A DNA stretch of 64,000 nt, from assembly GCA_938004785.1 (NCBI GenBank), contig CALKVW010000211.1, positions 32,642-96,641 on the forward strand, written 5' to 3'. The notes beneath the pieces are model-generated. The model had not been told where the DNA came from and made no database searches. It saw only the letters and a program-made list of their open reading frames with translations. The DNA comes from an uncultured Polyangiaceae bacterium. Lineage in GTDB: Bacteria; Myxococcota_A; Polyangia; Polyangiales; Polyangiaceae. Below, piece after piece: positions 26,421 to 35,620 of this stretch (positions are counted from its first letter, which is position 1; every line of letters starts with the position of its first letter). The position numbers and the translations under genes are program-made.

Positions 26421-27629
26421 TCACTCTTGCGTGATCACCACACGCCCGCGATCTCGGTAGGTGATTCGCCCGGCCTCACCCGGGCACTTCCAGCAGGTCG
26501 CCCACTCGAGCCTGGCGTCGACGCTCGTGTCGTAGGCGAGCACCGCGGCGGCCGGCTCCTTCTTCAGCACGAGCGAGGAGCCGAGGCGGTGGCGGTCGCC
26601 CGGCAAGCGGTGGAAGGCGACCACGATGGTGTCGTCGCCGACGCGCGCGGTGACGAGCAGGATCTCCTCGCCGGGCACCGGCCTCCACAGGAGCGGCTCG
26701 GTCGTGAGCGTGTAGCCCTTCGCGTCCTCGACCTTGCCGCGCAAGAGCACGTCCTTCACGACGGCCTCGTCGAAGTACTTCGGTTTGCCCTCGAGCTTGC
26801 GCAGCTGCGGCACCGTCGCGAGCATCTCGCCCAGCGTCTCGGCGGAGAGCTTCGTCTTCTGCCAGACGGGCTTCTTCTCCGGGGCGGGGATGCTCGCCGC
26901 GCTCGCCTCGCCTCCGCAGCAACGGAAGCCGATGTCTTCGGCCTCGGCCTCGGGCGCGACGCTCGCGCGCTTGGCGCAGCGCCGGTCGACCTCCGCCGAG
27001 CCCTTCGCCGCGCCACGCACCGCCGCGCCCTTGGGCACGAGCCCCGCGAGCTCGGCGACGTCGCTCGCCGTCCACTCGCGCAGGCTGCCCATCGCGAGCA
27101 CACCGAAGCCGCTCGCACACTTCTCGGGCTCGCTGGCGCAGCGAGGATCGGCGCCCTGGCTGCCGGGGTAGGCCGTCTCGGCCGGGCCCTTGCAGGCGCG
27201 CTCCCACTCGAGCTCCGTGCACAACCTGCGGCCGCGCGCCTCGCAGAGCTTCGCGGCTTCGCTGCGCTTCACGCCTCGCTTCGGCGGCGCGCCGAGCTCG
27301 TTCGGGTAGGGCAGACGATCGATGTCGAAGGCGCCGAGCTCCAGCTCGAGCTCCGCGGGCTCGAGCACCGCGTCGCGCCCCAGATCGCCGGGCACGCTGC
27401 CTGCGTGGAAGCGCCCGGCAGGGATCGGCACCGTGGGCTCGCGCGCGGCCTCGGCGCTGCTCGACGCGACCGGCGTCGTCTCCTCGGCGGCGGCGACGAC
27501 CGGGCCCTTCGCGGCAACCTCGGTGGGCGCCGCCGAGGCGCCGCCCGGAGGCGCGTCGCCGCCGCCCGAGCTGCAGGCGAGCGCAGCGACCTGGAGCGCT
27601 GCGAGCGCGAGCCTGGAGGCGCCGTTCAT
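26421..27629 (-). CDS. FGE-sulfatase domain lipoprotein (SUMF1-like)
   Basis: Lipobox ALACSSGG. FGE blocks LREWTASD, GFRCC. C-terminal domain of unknown function. Confidence 0.75.
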   Translation of the reverse strand: MNGASRLALAALQVAALACSSGGGDAPPGGASAAPTEVAAKGPVVAAAEETTPVASSSAEAAREPTVPIPAGRFHAGSVPGDLGRDAVLEPAELELELGAFDIDRLPYPNELGAPPKRGVKRSEAAKLCEARGRRLCTELEWERACKGPAETAYPGSQGADPRCASEPEKCASGFGVLAMGSLREWTASDVAELAGLVPKGAAVRGAAKGSAEVDRRCAKRASVAPEAEAEDIGFRCCGGEASAASIPAPEKKPVWQKTKLSAETLGEMLATVPQLRKLEGKPKYFDEAVVKDVLLRGKVEDAKGYTLTTEPLLWRPVPGEEILLVTARVGDDTIVVAFHRLPGDRHRLGSSLVLKKEPAAAVLAYDTSVDARLEWATCWKCPGEAGRITYRDRGRVVITQE

Positions 27630-27695
27630 GCTCGTAGCGTTTGCCAGGGTCGTGCCTCACGCGCAAGTCGCGTGCGCTCGTGTAGAGTCGCGCGC

Positions 27696-28709
27696 GTGTC
27701 CGACGCCTTCGACGCGCTCGCCGAGGCCACTCGCACTTCTCGCCTCGGCCCCCGCCTGAGCGCGCTCGTGCCGGTGCTGGGCTCGGGCTTCGTGACCCAG
27801 GGCGTGCGCGAGGGCCTGCGCGCCTCGAGCTCGAAGGCCCAGGTCGCGCCGATCGACTGGCTCAGGCTGCTGCGTGAGGTCGCCGAGCGCTACGAGCTCG
27901 GGCGCGCGAGCCGCAGCATCGAGCTCGACGTACCCGGGCAGACGACGCTGCTCTGGGACGCGATGCTCAGCGAGCTCACCGAGCGCGAGGCGAACGGTGG
28001 GCGCTCGCGCGCCGCGCACCGCTGGGACGACGAGCTGCGCGGCGCGGTGGCCGAGCGCCTCTTGGACGACCGCCGCACCGAGCGGCTCGCGCGACCCTTC
28101 GTGCGCTCCTTCCTACGCCTCGGCTTCGAAGACGTGTTGAGCTTCAACTTCGACGAGGTGCTGACCGGGCCGGGGGTCGTGCCCAGAGCGCGCGCTCGCG
28201 GCGCCTCCGCACGCGCTTCGCTCGCGGCGAGCGTGGGCCAGACGACGGTGTGGTTCCCTCACGGCCACTGCTCGGATCCGCGCTCGATCGTGCTCGGCGC
28301 GCGCGCCTACGGTGCGCGCCTCTCCGCCGTGCAGGCGGCCTTCGACGCGCACGCGAAGCTCGCCTCGCCGAGGCCCACGCGCAGGCGCTCGAGCTGGGTC
28401 GCCACGGCGCTCGAGCGCCCGCTGCTCTTCGTGGGGCTCTCGCTCACGCGCGAGGAATGGACGATCTGGTGGTTGCTCGCACAGCGCGCGCGCTTCCTCG
28501 CGCGCAGACCGCTCACCGAACGCCCGCCGGCCTTCGTCTTCGCGCGGCGCCCCTCGCCGACCGACTCGCTCGAGGCCCACGGCGCCTACGCGACGCTGAG
28601 CCGCGCAGCGGAGCTGTTGGGGCTGCAAATCTGCGCCTTCGACGCATTCGACGACGGCTGGGCGCGTCTGCGCGCGGCGCTCCTTTGGCGAAGAAGTCGT
28701 CCTCCGTAG
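27696..28709 (+). CDS. SIR2-like (SIR2_2-type) domain protein, standalone
   Basis: GTG start. Blocks resemble SIR2_2: LVPVLGSGF (GAGxS-like loop), VLSFNFDEVL (TNYD-like), VWFPHGH, LLFVGLSLTREEWTIWWLL (GySl-D-like). No other domain. The upstream 1.2 kb of the ORF is junk antisense to the FGE gene. Confidence 0.6.
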   Translation: MSDAFDALAEATRTSRLGPRLSALVPVLGSGFVTQGVREGLRASSSKAQVAPIDWLRLLREVAERYELGRASRSIELDVPGQTTLLWDAMLSELTEREANGGRSRAAHRWDDELRGAVAERLLDDRRTERLARPFVRSFLRLGFEDVLSFNFDEVLTGPGVVPRARARGASARASLAASVGQTTVWFPHGHCSDPRSIVLGARAYGARLSAVQAAFDAHAKLASPRPTRRRSSWVATALERPLLFVGLSLTREEWTIWWLLAQRARFLARRPLTERPPAFVFARRPSPTDSLEAHGAYATLSRAAELLGLQICAFDAFDDGWARLRAALLWRRSRPP

Positions 28710-28761
28710 GTTTCCGATCCCCATCGGGCCGACGCAGGCTAGCCTGCGCCTGGGGCGAGGC

Positions 28762-29169
28762 ATGAGCGACGGAGCGAACACCCTGGGCGCGGGTACGAAG
28801 CGCATGCGCGCGGTCGTCGTCGACGACGAGGCGCCGCTGCGCACGATGCTCGTGCGCGTGATCGCCGAGCTCGGCCTCGACGTCGACGAGGCCGCCGACG
28901 GTCGCGCCGCGCTCGCGCTGCTCGACGCCGGGCCTCCGCCGGACCTCTTCGTCGTCGACTTCTCCATGCCCTTCATGCGCGGCGACGAGCTCTTGCAGAT
29001 CGTGGCCGAGCGCTTCCCGAGCGCAGGCGCCGTGCTCATGAGCGGCCACGGCGAGCAGGCGCTGCGCACCCGCCTCGGCCCGCTCTCTGCGCGCACCGCC
29101 GTACTGCCCAAGCCCTTCGGCCTCGACGAGCTCGTCCGGGCCATCGAGCGAGCGCTGCACCGCAGCTGA
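28762..29169 (+). CDS. Response regulator, receiver domain only (CheY-like)
   Basis: Receiver-domain residues DD (VVVDDE), phospho-acceptor D in FVVDFSMP, T/S in LMSG, K in LPKPF. Confidence 0.85.
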   Translation: MSDGANTLGAGTKRMRAVVVDDEAPLRTMLVRVIAELGLDVDEAADGRAALALLDAGPPPDLFVVDFSMPFMRGDELLQIVAERFPSAGAVLMSGHGEQALRTRLGPLSARTAVLPKPFGLDELVRAIERALHRS

Positions 29170-29268
29170 GGCTCACGGTCTCGCCCTCCAGAGTCTCGCA
29201 GCCACGCAGCTTCGCCGTCGCGCACTCGGCCCCACGCACGAGGCGCGGCGGAGTATCCTCGGGCGGCT

Positions 29269-30231
29269 TTGACGCTGGACTTCTTTCCCCTGTGGTTCCT
29301 GCGCGGCTTCGCCGTCGCCTTCGGCCTCTTGTGGGGGAGCTTCCTCAACGTCGTCATCTACCGCGTGCCGCGCGGCATGAGCGTCGTCTCTCCGCCCTCG
29401 CACTGCACGAGCTGCGGCGCCGCGGTGCGCCCCTGGCAGAACATCCCGGTCGTGTCCTACGTGCTGCTCGGCGGCAAGACCGCCTGCTGCGGCGCCAAGC
29501 TCTCGGCGCGCTACCCGCTCGTCGAGCTCATCGGCGGCGTGCTCTCGCTCGCGATCGTGGAGCTGCTCATCATCCCGCTGCCCGCGCTCACGACCAGCGT
29601 CGCGCGCGCCGGCGCCATCTACGCGACGAGCCTCGCGCTCGCGCTCGGCCTCGTCGCGACGGCCTTCATCGATCTCGAGCACATGCTCGTCCTGCCCGAC
29701 CCGGCGAACTACGCGGGCGCCGCGCTCGGCATCGCCACCGCGTCGCTCCGTGATCTGGGCTTCATCGACGCGATCATCGGCGCGGCAGCGGGCTACGGGG
29801 TCGTGTTCGCGATCGACCGCGTCTACCGCTGGACCCGCGGCCGCCCCGGCATGGGCTCGGGCGACGGCATGATCCTCATGGTCACGGGCGCGTGGTTCGG
29901 CTGGCAGGGCGCGCTCTTCGGGCTCTCCGCCGGCGCCGTACAGGGCGTCGTGATCCTGGTGCTGGTGCGCCTCTTCGGTGGCTCGCTCGAGGAGCCCGAG
30001 GCCGTGCGCGAGGAGCGTGAGGCGATCCTCGCCGAGATCGAGGCGCTGCCGCCCGAGGAGCGCGAGCAGGCGCTCGAGGAGTGGCGCGCCGAAGACGAGC
30101 TCGCCGACCGAGAGAACGAGGGCCTGCAGTCCGCGCTCGCCTTCGGCCCCTTCCTCGCGCTCGCCACGCTCGAGCTCTTGCTCTTCGCTCCCTTCCTCCG
30201 CGACGTGGTCTTCCTGTGGCAGCTCGGGTGA
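29269..30231 (+). CDS. Prepilin peptidase (A24 family, PilD/TadV-like)
   Basis: N-terminal GSFLNVVIYR, tetra-Cys zinc motif CTSCG...CCGAK, multiple TM helices with conserved Asp. Unusual acidic coiled C-terminal extension. Confidence 0.85.
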   Translation: MTLDFFPLWFLRGFAVAFGLLWGSFLNVVIYRVPRGMSVVSPPSHCTSCGAAVRPWQNIPVVSYVLLGGKTACCGAKLSARYPLVELIGGVLSLAIVELLIIPLPALTTSVARAGAIYATSLALALGLVATAFIDLEHMLVLPDPANYAGAALGIATASLRDLGFIDAIIGAAAGYGVVFAIDRVYRWTRGRPGMGSGDGMILMVTGAWFGWQGALFGLSAGAVQGVVILVLVRLFGGSLEEPEAVREEREAILAEIEALPPEEREQALEEWRAEDELADRENEGLQSALAFGPFLALATLELLLFAPFLRDVVFLWQLG

Positions 30232-30623
30232 TCACCGCGCTGCTGCTCTCGTCGATCGCGCTCGCGGCGTGCTCGACGCCTCTCCCGGTGCCTCCCTCCG
30301 GCGATCACGCGGGCTCGGTCCCCGTCGTGGTGCCGTACCCGCCTCCCGCGGCCAGGGTCGACGTCGTGCCCTATCCCCCCCGCGATTTCGAGCGTCCGGC
30401 GTGGATCGACGGACAATGGATCTGGCGCGGGCGACGCTGGGTGTGGGAAGAAGGCCGCTGGGTCGATCTCGATCCCAATCAGGTGTACGCGAAACCCATG
30501 ATCGTGAGGCGCTCGGACGGGCAGATCGTCTGGTTCGCAGGCACCCTGCGCACCACGAGCTCGCCCAGCACGATGCCCATCCCGGCCGCGACGTCGGGCA
30601 GAGAAGAGGAGGTGTCCCGATGA
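30228..30623 (+). CDS. Small lipoprotein, function unknown
   Basis: GTG start overlapping the peptidase stop (GTGA). Lipobox LAACS. Trp-rich segment WIDGQWIWRGRRWVWEEGRWV. Confidence 0.5.
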   Translation: MITALLLSSIALAACSTPLPVPPSGDHAGSVPVVVPYPPPAARVDVVPYPPRDFERPAWIDGQWIWRGRRWVWEEGRWVDLDPNQVYAKPMIVRRSDGQIVWFAGTLRTTSSPSTMPIPAATSGREEEVSR

Positions 30624-31354
30624 TGCTCTCGTGGAGCTTCGCGGTCCGGATGGTCGACGAGGTCGCGCGCCTGTTGCGCGCGATGGAGAAGCACCGCTAC
30701 CTCCAGGAGGTCGACCACCGCGTCCACTTCACGGTCGATCGTGCGCTGCGCGATCTGCCGATGTTCGAGAAGCACGCCGCGGCCTTCGACGCGCGCGTCG
30801 CGAGGGAGCCCGGCCTCGAGCTCGGCTCGCGCGATCCCTCGCTGTGGCGCAAGGCCTCGCTCGAGGAGATCATCGAGGTCTTCCTCGCCTTCTGGGGCCC
30901 GGGCGACCAAGCGGCCGTGCGGCGCGAGAGGCTGGTCGAAGCCTTCGAGAAGGCCGGGCTGCCGATCGCCGAGCACGAGCCCTTCGAGTGCGATCCCGAA
31001 GACCCGCCCTTCCCCGAGCTGGTCTGGCTCGACTGGGTCTTCTTGCCGATCGATCAGCTCGACGCCGAGCGGCACACCGGCGCGATCGCGGCGATCGCCG
31101 AGTCGCGCGTCGAGGCGAACCCCTCGGCGCCGGTCTACGTCGAGGGGCCGAGCATCTCGATCGTCGAGCTCTGCGACGGCGCGCCGATGGGCATCCTCGC
31201 CGACGACTTCTTCCTCTGGGCCGAGCCGCCCGTGCCCTACGTCGACTACGTGTTCCGCGGCGTGAGTCGCCAGGCCCAGCTGCCCGAGCCTCCCGTCGGG
31301 CCCGACGACGTGGACGAGGCCGAGGCCGAGGCCGGAGCTCCGAGCGCGGGCTGA
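30620..31354 (+). CDS. Hypothetical cytoplasmic protein
   Basis: Start MMLSWSF overlaps the previous stop (ATGA). Acidic, Trp/Phe-containing, coding-like composition. Confidence 0.55.
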   Translation: MMLSWSFAVRMVDEVARLLRAMEKHRYLQEVDHRVHFTVDRALRDLPMFEKHAAAFDARVAREPGLELGSRDPSLWRKASLEEIIEVFLAFWGPGDQAAVRRERLVEAFEKAGLPIAEHEPFECDPEDPPFPELVWLDWVFLPIDQLDAERHTGAIAAIAESRVEANPSAPVYVEGPSISIVELCDGAPMGILADDFFLWAEPPVPYVDYVFRGVSRQAQLPEPPVGPDDVDEAEAEAGAPSAG

Positions 31355-31361
31355 GCCGCGC

Positions 31362-32639
31362 TCAGTCGCTCGCGCCCGGTGCGACCTCGCTCTTCACGCG
31401 GCGGGTCGCGCGGGCGACCTGCTCGATGCCCGACGACAAGAACGTGAAGAGCTCCGAGCTCTGACCGCTCGCGGCGGTGAGGTGGATCTCGCCGAACGAT
31501 CCGCGGAAGGCGTCGGCCATGCGCGGCAGGGTCTCGCTCAGCACGAGCTCCTCGAGCTGCCGGTCGCTCAGATCCGCGCGCGCTGCGCGTGCAGCGCGCA
31601 GCGTCTCCGCCTCGAGCTCGGCCTGCTCACGCCTGGTCGCGAGCTCCGCCTGCGCCTTCTCCCGGTCGAGCTCGATCTGCCGCTTCGCTTGCTCGAGCGC
31701 CGCCTCGTGGAGCTTCCTCTGTTGCTCCAGCTCCGCCTCGTGCACGCGCGCCCGACGCTCGAGCTCCGCCTCGCTCTGCCGCTTCGCCTGCGCGAGCTCG
31801 GCGTCGCTCTGCTTCGCGCGCCGCTCGAGCTCCGCTGCGAGCACGCTCTTCTTGCGCTCTTGCTCGGCGCGCTCCCGCTCGACCGCGCGCTCGATGTCGG
31901 CCGCGAGCGCGGCCTTCGCGAGCGCCTCTTCGTGGCGCGCACGCTCGACGTCGCGCCGCCGCTCGGCCTCGAGGCGCGCCTCCTCCTCGGCCATCATCGT
32001 GCGCTTCGCCTGCTCCTCGGCGCGTTGCCTCGCGACCGAGATGCGCGCCTGCTCCTCCTCGACCTGCTCGCGCGCCTTGAGCGCCTCGAGCGCGAGCGAC
32101 TCGCGGTAGGGCGCCTGCAACCTCGCGAACACCTCCTCGGAGAGCACGCGCACGTTCTGGATCTCGATCGTGTCGAGCACCACGCCCCAGCCCTGGCTCG
32201 TCGTGTCGCCCATGGCGCCCTGCCCCGCGAGCACCGGCGCGATCTCCTCGACGAGCGCGCTCGCGACGCGCTCCTTGCGGTGCGTGATGCAGTCCTCGAG
32301 CGAGAGCCCCGCGACGATGCGCCGCGTCGCACCGACGAACATCTCGCGCAGGATGTCGGTGAGCCGCGTGAGATCGCCGTCGATCATGCGGTAGGCGAGC
32401 ATCGGCTCCACCACGCGGTACACGGCGAGGCCCGTGACCTCGACGCCCACCTTCTCGCGCGTGACCTGGTCGGCCGAGAACGAGAGCTTCGCGATCGACG
32501 TGCTCACGAGCGCGACGCTGTCGCCCGGCCACTTGAAGCAGCTCGCTCCTTGGCCGTGCCGACGCACGCGCCCGTTGCGGATCTGGATGAGATACTCGTG
32601 CGGCTGAGCGACGACCTGACCCCAGTGCGGAACCTTCAT
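31362..32639 (-). CDS. SPFH/band-7 (flotillin-like) protein with long Glu/Ala/Arg coiled-coil
   Basis: Internal start MKVPHWGQVV. SPFH domain, then about 200 aa of EA-rich coiled-coil, then a flotillin-like C-terminus. Upstream ORF residues are antisense junk. Confidence 0.8.
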   Translation of the reverse strand: MKVPHWGQVVAQPHEYLIQIRNGRVRRHGQGASCFKWPGDSVALVSTSIAKLSFSADQVTREKVGVEVTGLAVYRVVEPMLAYRMIDGDLTRLTDILREMFVGATRRIVAGLSLEDCITHRKERVASALVEEIAPVLAGQGAMGDTTSQGWGVVLDTIEIQNVRVLSEEVFARLQAPYRESLALEALKAREQVEEEQARISVARQRAEEQAKRTMMAEEEARLEAERRRDVERARHEEALAKAALAADIERAVERERAEQERKKSVLAAELERRAKQSDAELAQAKRQSEAELERRARVHEAELEQQRKLHEAALEQAKRQIELDREKAQAELATRREQAELEAETLRAARAARADLSDRQLEELVLSETLPRMADAFRGSFGEIHLTAASGQSSELFTFLSSGIEQVARATRRVKSEVAPGASD

Positions 32640-32936
32640 GGCTGCCTCCTCTTCGAAGCCGTGTTTTGCAAGGCGGAGGCCAGCGGGACACGCGGACGAA
32701 CGCGGAGCTCCTCCGCGCGAAACCGGCGCTGGCGGCGCGGGCGAGGCACGAGCAGCTCGGGACGCGCGCTTGCCCTGCACCGCTGCGGTGCGGGCAGGCT
32801 TTGCGCCGCGCCAGCCTGGTGCACCCGGGCCGCTCTGCAACGCCTGCGGCGCTCCCCACGGCTTCGCCCGACCGGGGCGCGGAGCGCGTGACGGTCTACA
32901 GCTGAACCAGGATTCGTGAGAGATTGGCCAGCCTCC

Positions 32937-33908
32937 ATGCCGCTCGTCGCAGATATCGGCTTGCTCGCCGCGGGCGGGCTCCTGCTCTACCTCGGCGCTG
33001 AGTGGCTCGTGAAGGGCGCCGCCGGTCTCGCGCGCAAGTTCGGGGTGAGCCCGCTCGTCGTGGGCATGACCGTCGTCGCCTACGCCACGAGCGCACCCGA
33101 GCTCGCCGTCACGATCCGCGCCGCGCTCGGCGGCAAGAGCGCCATCGCGCTCGGCAATGCGGTGGGCTCCAACATCGCGAACCTCGGCCTCATCCTCGGC
33201 GTGACGGCGCTCATCGCGCCGCCGCGCGTCGCGGGCACGCTGATCCGGCGCGAGGTGCCGATGCTCGTGCTCTCCACCTTGCTCGTGCCGCTCGTCCTGC
33301 TCGACGGCCAGATCAGCCGCATCGAGGGTTTCGCGCTCGCCGCAGGCTCCGTCGCCTTCACCGCCGTGCTCTTGCGCTCGCGCAAGGGCACCGACGTGGT
33401 CGAAGAGGCGGAGCAGAGCGCCGAGGAGGCCGGCGCGCCTCCAGGCGACTCCAAGCTTCGCCTCGTCATCATCGGCCTCGTGGGCCTCGCCGCGCTCGTG
33501 CTCGGTGGCGACGTCTTCGTGCGCGGCGCCGTCGGCCTCGCTGCCGCCGTCGGCATGAGCGAGCGCGTCGTCGGACTCACGATCGTCGCCGTCGGCACCT
33601 CCCTGCCCGAGCTCGCGGCCTCGCTCGTCGCCGCCTTCCGCGGTCACTCGGACATGGCCGTCGGCAACATCGTCGGCTCCAACGTCTTCAACGTGCTGCT
33701 CATCCTCGGCGCCGCCGCGATCCTGAACCCGGTCGAGGCGCCGCTGGCGTCGATCGTCGTCGACGTCGGCGCGCTCGGCGTGCTCACGCTCATCGCCGCG
33801 GTGTCGTTGCGCACCGCGCGCAAGCTGAGCCGCCTCGAAGGCGCGCTGCTCTTGCTGAGCTACGCGGTCTTTCTCGGCTTGCTCGTCTTCGGCGTGGGCG
33901 CGGGCTGA
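32937..33908 (+). CDS. Ca2+:cation antiporter (CaCA family, YrbG-like)
   Basis: Two alpha-repeat motifs (GNAVGSNIANLGLILG and GNIVGSNVFNVLLILG). About 10 TM helices. Confidence 0.85.
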   Translation: MPLVADIGLLAAGGLLLYLGAEWLVKGAAGLARKFGVSPLVVGMTVVAYATSAPELAVTIRAALGGKSAIALGNAVGSNIANLGLILGVTALIAPPRVAGTLIRREVPMLVLSTLLVPLVLLDGQISRIEGFALAAGSVAFTAVLLRSRKGTDVVEEAEQSAEEAGAPPGDSKLRLVIIGLVGLAALVLGGDVFVRGAVGLAAAVGMSERVVGLTIVAVGTSLPELAASLVAAFRGHSDMAVGNIVGSNVFNVLLILGAAAILNPVEAPLASIVVDVGALGVLTLIAAVSLRTARKLSRLEGALLLLSYAVFLGLLVFGVGAG

Positions 33909-33941
33909 GGCGCCGCGCGCCGCTCGGCGCCCCCACCGAGC

Positions 33942-35498
33942 TCAGTCGGGCACGGGCACCCAGAGCTCGACGTTGCGGTCCTCGGCGCGGCCCCGGCCGT
34001 CGCCCTGCCAAGCCGAGGCGTAGTCGATGATGCCGCGCCTTCGACCCTCGGCGGCGATCGGGTCGTTCTCGGTCTGGTAGTCGAAGGCGACGAGCCTCAG
34101 CGTGAAGTAGCCGTTGTCCTGATCCCAGACCTCGACGAGGCGCATCTGGTGGGGGAAGTCGGCGAGCGCCGAGGTCTCCACCTCCCAGTAGGAGTAGCCC
34201 ACGCTCGGGTCGATGCGCTGCAGCTTGTGGTGGTGCGTGTGCCCGGCGAGGTGCATGAGCACGTTTGGGTAGGTGCCGAGCAGATCGCGCCACTCGTCGG
34301 TGAGCACAGCGTCCTTCTGCTCGATCCCGCCGAAGGTCGAGCCGTCGGTGAAGAGCGCAGATGCGTGGTGCGAGGTCACGATCACGTACTTCCCGGCGGC
34401 GAGCGCCGCGTCGAGCGCGGGGATGACGAAGCCCTCGACCTCGGGGCGGCGCACCACACCCTCGGCGCCGCCGGTGGGGGCCGCGGTGTCGACGACGATG
34501 AAGCGGATCGGCGTGTTCGGGATATCGTAGGTGTAGAAAGCTCTCCCGGACTCGATGGCCTCGGCCGAGACGCCGTGACCGTCGCCGTCGTTCGCCACGT
34601 GCGCGAGGATCGCGCTGCCATCGACCGCGCGCCTGCGCTCGTCGGGCACGATGTCGCCGACGACCACCGGCGCGCCGGGCAAGGACCAATCGCGTGTGCC
34701 CATGGCCGAGTAGTTCGAGACGTACTCGCCGGCCTTGTCGGCGAGGCGCAGGTTGCCCTGGTTGAGGATGTCGTGGTTGCCCATGACCCAGACCCAGGGC
34801 ACGAGCAGTCCATCCGCGTAGAAGGGGTCCTTCGGGTCGTTCGCGGGCCCCGGGGTGGGGTCGTCGTCGTCGCCCGAGTCGCACTCGACCGAGTCGCTGC
34901 CCGAGAGGATCGCCGTGACCCACTCGACCTCGTTCGCTTGCGCGTTGTCGGCGTTGTCGCCGCCGAGGATCACCAGATCGATCGGCGTCTCCTCGTGCAC
35001 GCGGTTGATGGTGCGAACCGCGGCGTTGAGGATGTTGCACTGGTGCCCCTCTTGCGGGCGGTAGGCACCGCCCGTGAGCCCGTTCGCGGTGTCGAAGTTC
35101 GCGACGCGCGCGGGCGATTCGTCGTCGGCGAGCTGGATGTCCGCGAGGTGCACGAAGCGCGACACCAAGGAGCGCGCGGAGCCGGGTGCGGGAGGCGCGC
35201 TGCCGTCGAAGGTGCGCTGGATCACGGGCTCGCCTTCGATCGTGGAGTGATCGCCGAAGCCGTCCTCGAGCAGGATGCTCATGTCCTCGGGGCGCCGAGG
35301 ATCGAGCGTCGCCGGCCCGGGCTGCGCGACGGGGGCGAGGCGCTCCTCGGTGCTGAGCGGCGCGCGTGAGAGCGCGGGCAAGGGCTCGGGGGCCGGGAAG
35401 TCGCCCGTGCCGCCGCCGCCTTCGCCGTCCGCGTCGGCGCTGTCACACGCGGCCAGCAAGAGGAAGGACAGGGCGCCCAGGCGGAGAAGCGAACGCAT
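33942..35498 (-). CDS. Calcineurin-like metallophosphoesterase lipoprotein
   Basis: Lipobox LLAACDS. Metallophosphatase motifs GDNAD, GNHD, GHTHHH. Confidence 0.8.
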   Translation of the reverse strand: MRSLLRLGALSFLLLAACDSADADGEGGGGTGDFPAPEPLPALSRAPLSTEERLAPVAQPGPATLDPRRPEDMSILLEDGFGDHSTIEGEPVIQRTFDGSAPPAPGSARSLVSRFVHLADIQLADDESPARVANFDTANGLTGGAYRPQEGHQCNILNAAVRTINRVHEETPIDLVILGGDNADNAQANEVEWVTAILSGSDSVECDSGDDDDPTPGPANDPKDPFYADGLLVPWVWVMGNHDILNQGNLRLADKAGEYVSNYSAMGTRDWSLPGAPVVVGDIVPDERRRAVDGSAILAHVANDGDGHGVSAEAIESGRAFYTYDIPNTPIRFIVVDTAAPTGGAEGVVRRPEVEGFVIPALDAALAAGKYVIVTSHHASALFTDGSTFGGIEQKDAVLTDEWRDLLGTYPNVLMHLAGHTHHHKLQRIDPSVGYSYWEVETSALADFPHQMRLVEVWDQDNGYFTLRLVAFDYQTENDPIAAEGRRRGIIDYASAWQGDGRGRAEDRNVELWVPVPD

Positions 35499-35620
35499 CG
35501 GGCGGAAGCGTAGCGTGTCGAATCGGTGACTTCCATGCGCCGAACGGGTGCCAGCACGGTGACGACGGGTGACGCACCGCGCGAGCCGCCCGCCCCCAAC
35601 TCTGGTAAGCGCTCTCCCCG

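Noticed and set aside
26476-29357. Minus ORFs 26476..27666 (396 aa) and 28113..29357 (414 aa), and the N-terminal 420 codons of plus ORF 26427..28709
   Set aside because: Arg-rich artefacts overlapping the FGE lipoprotein, SIR2-like and receiver genes. Only the C-terminal 337 codons of the 760-aa plus ORF look protein-like.
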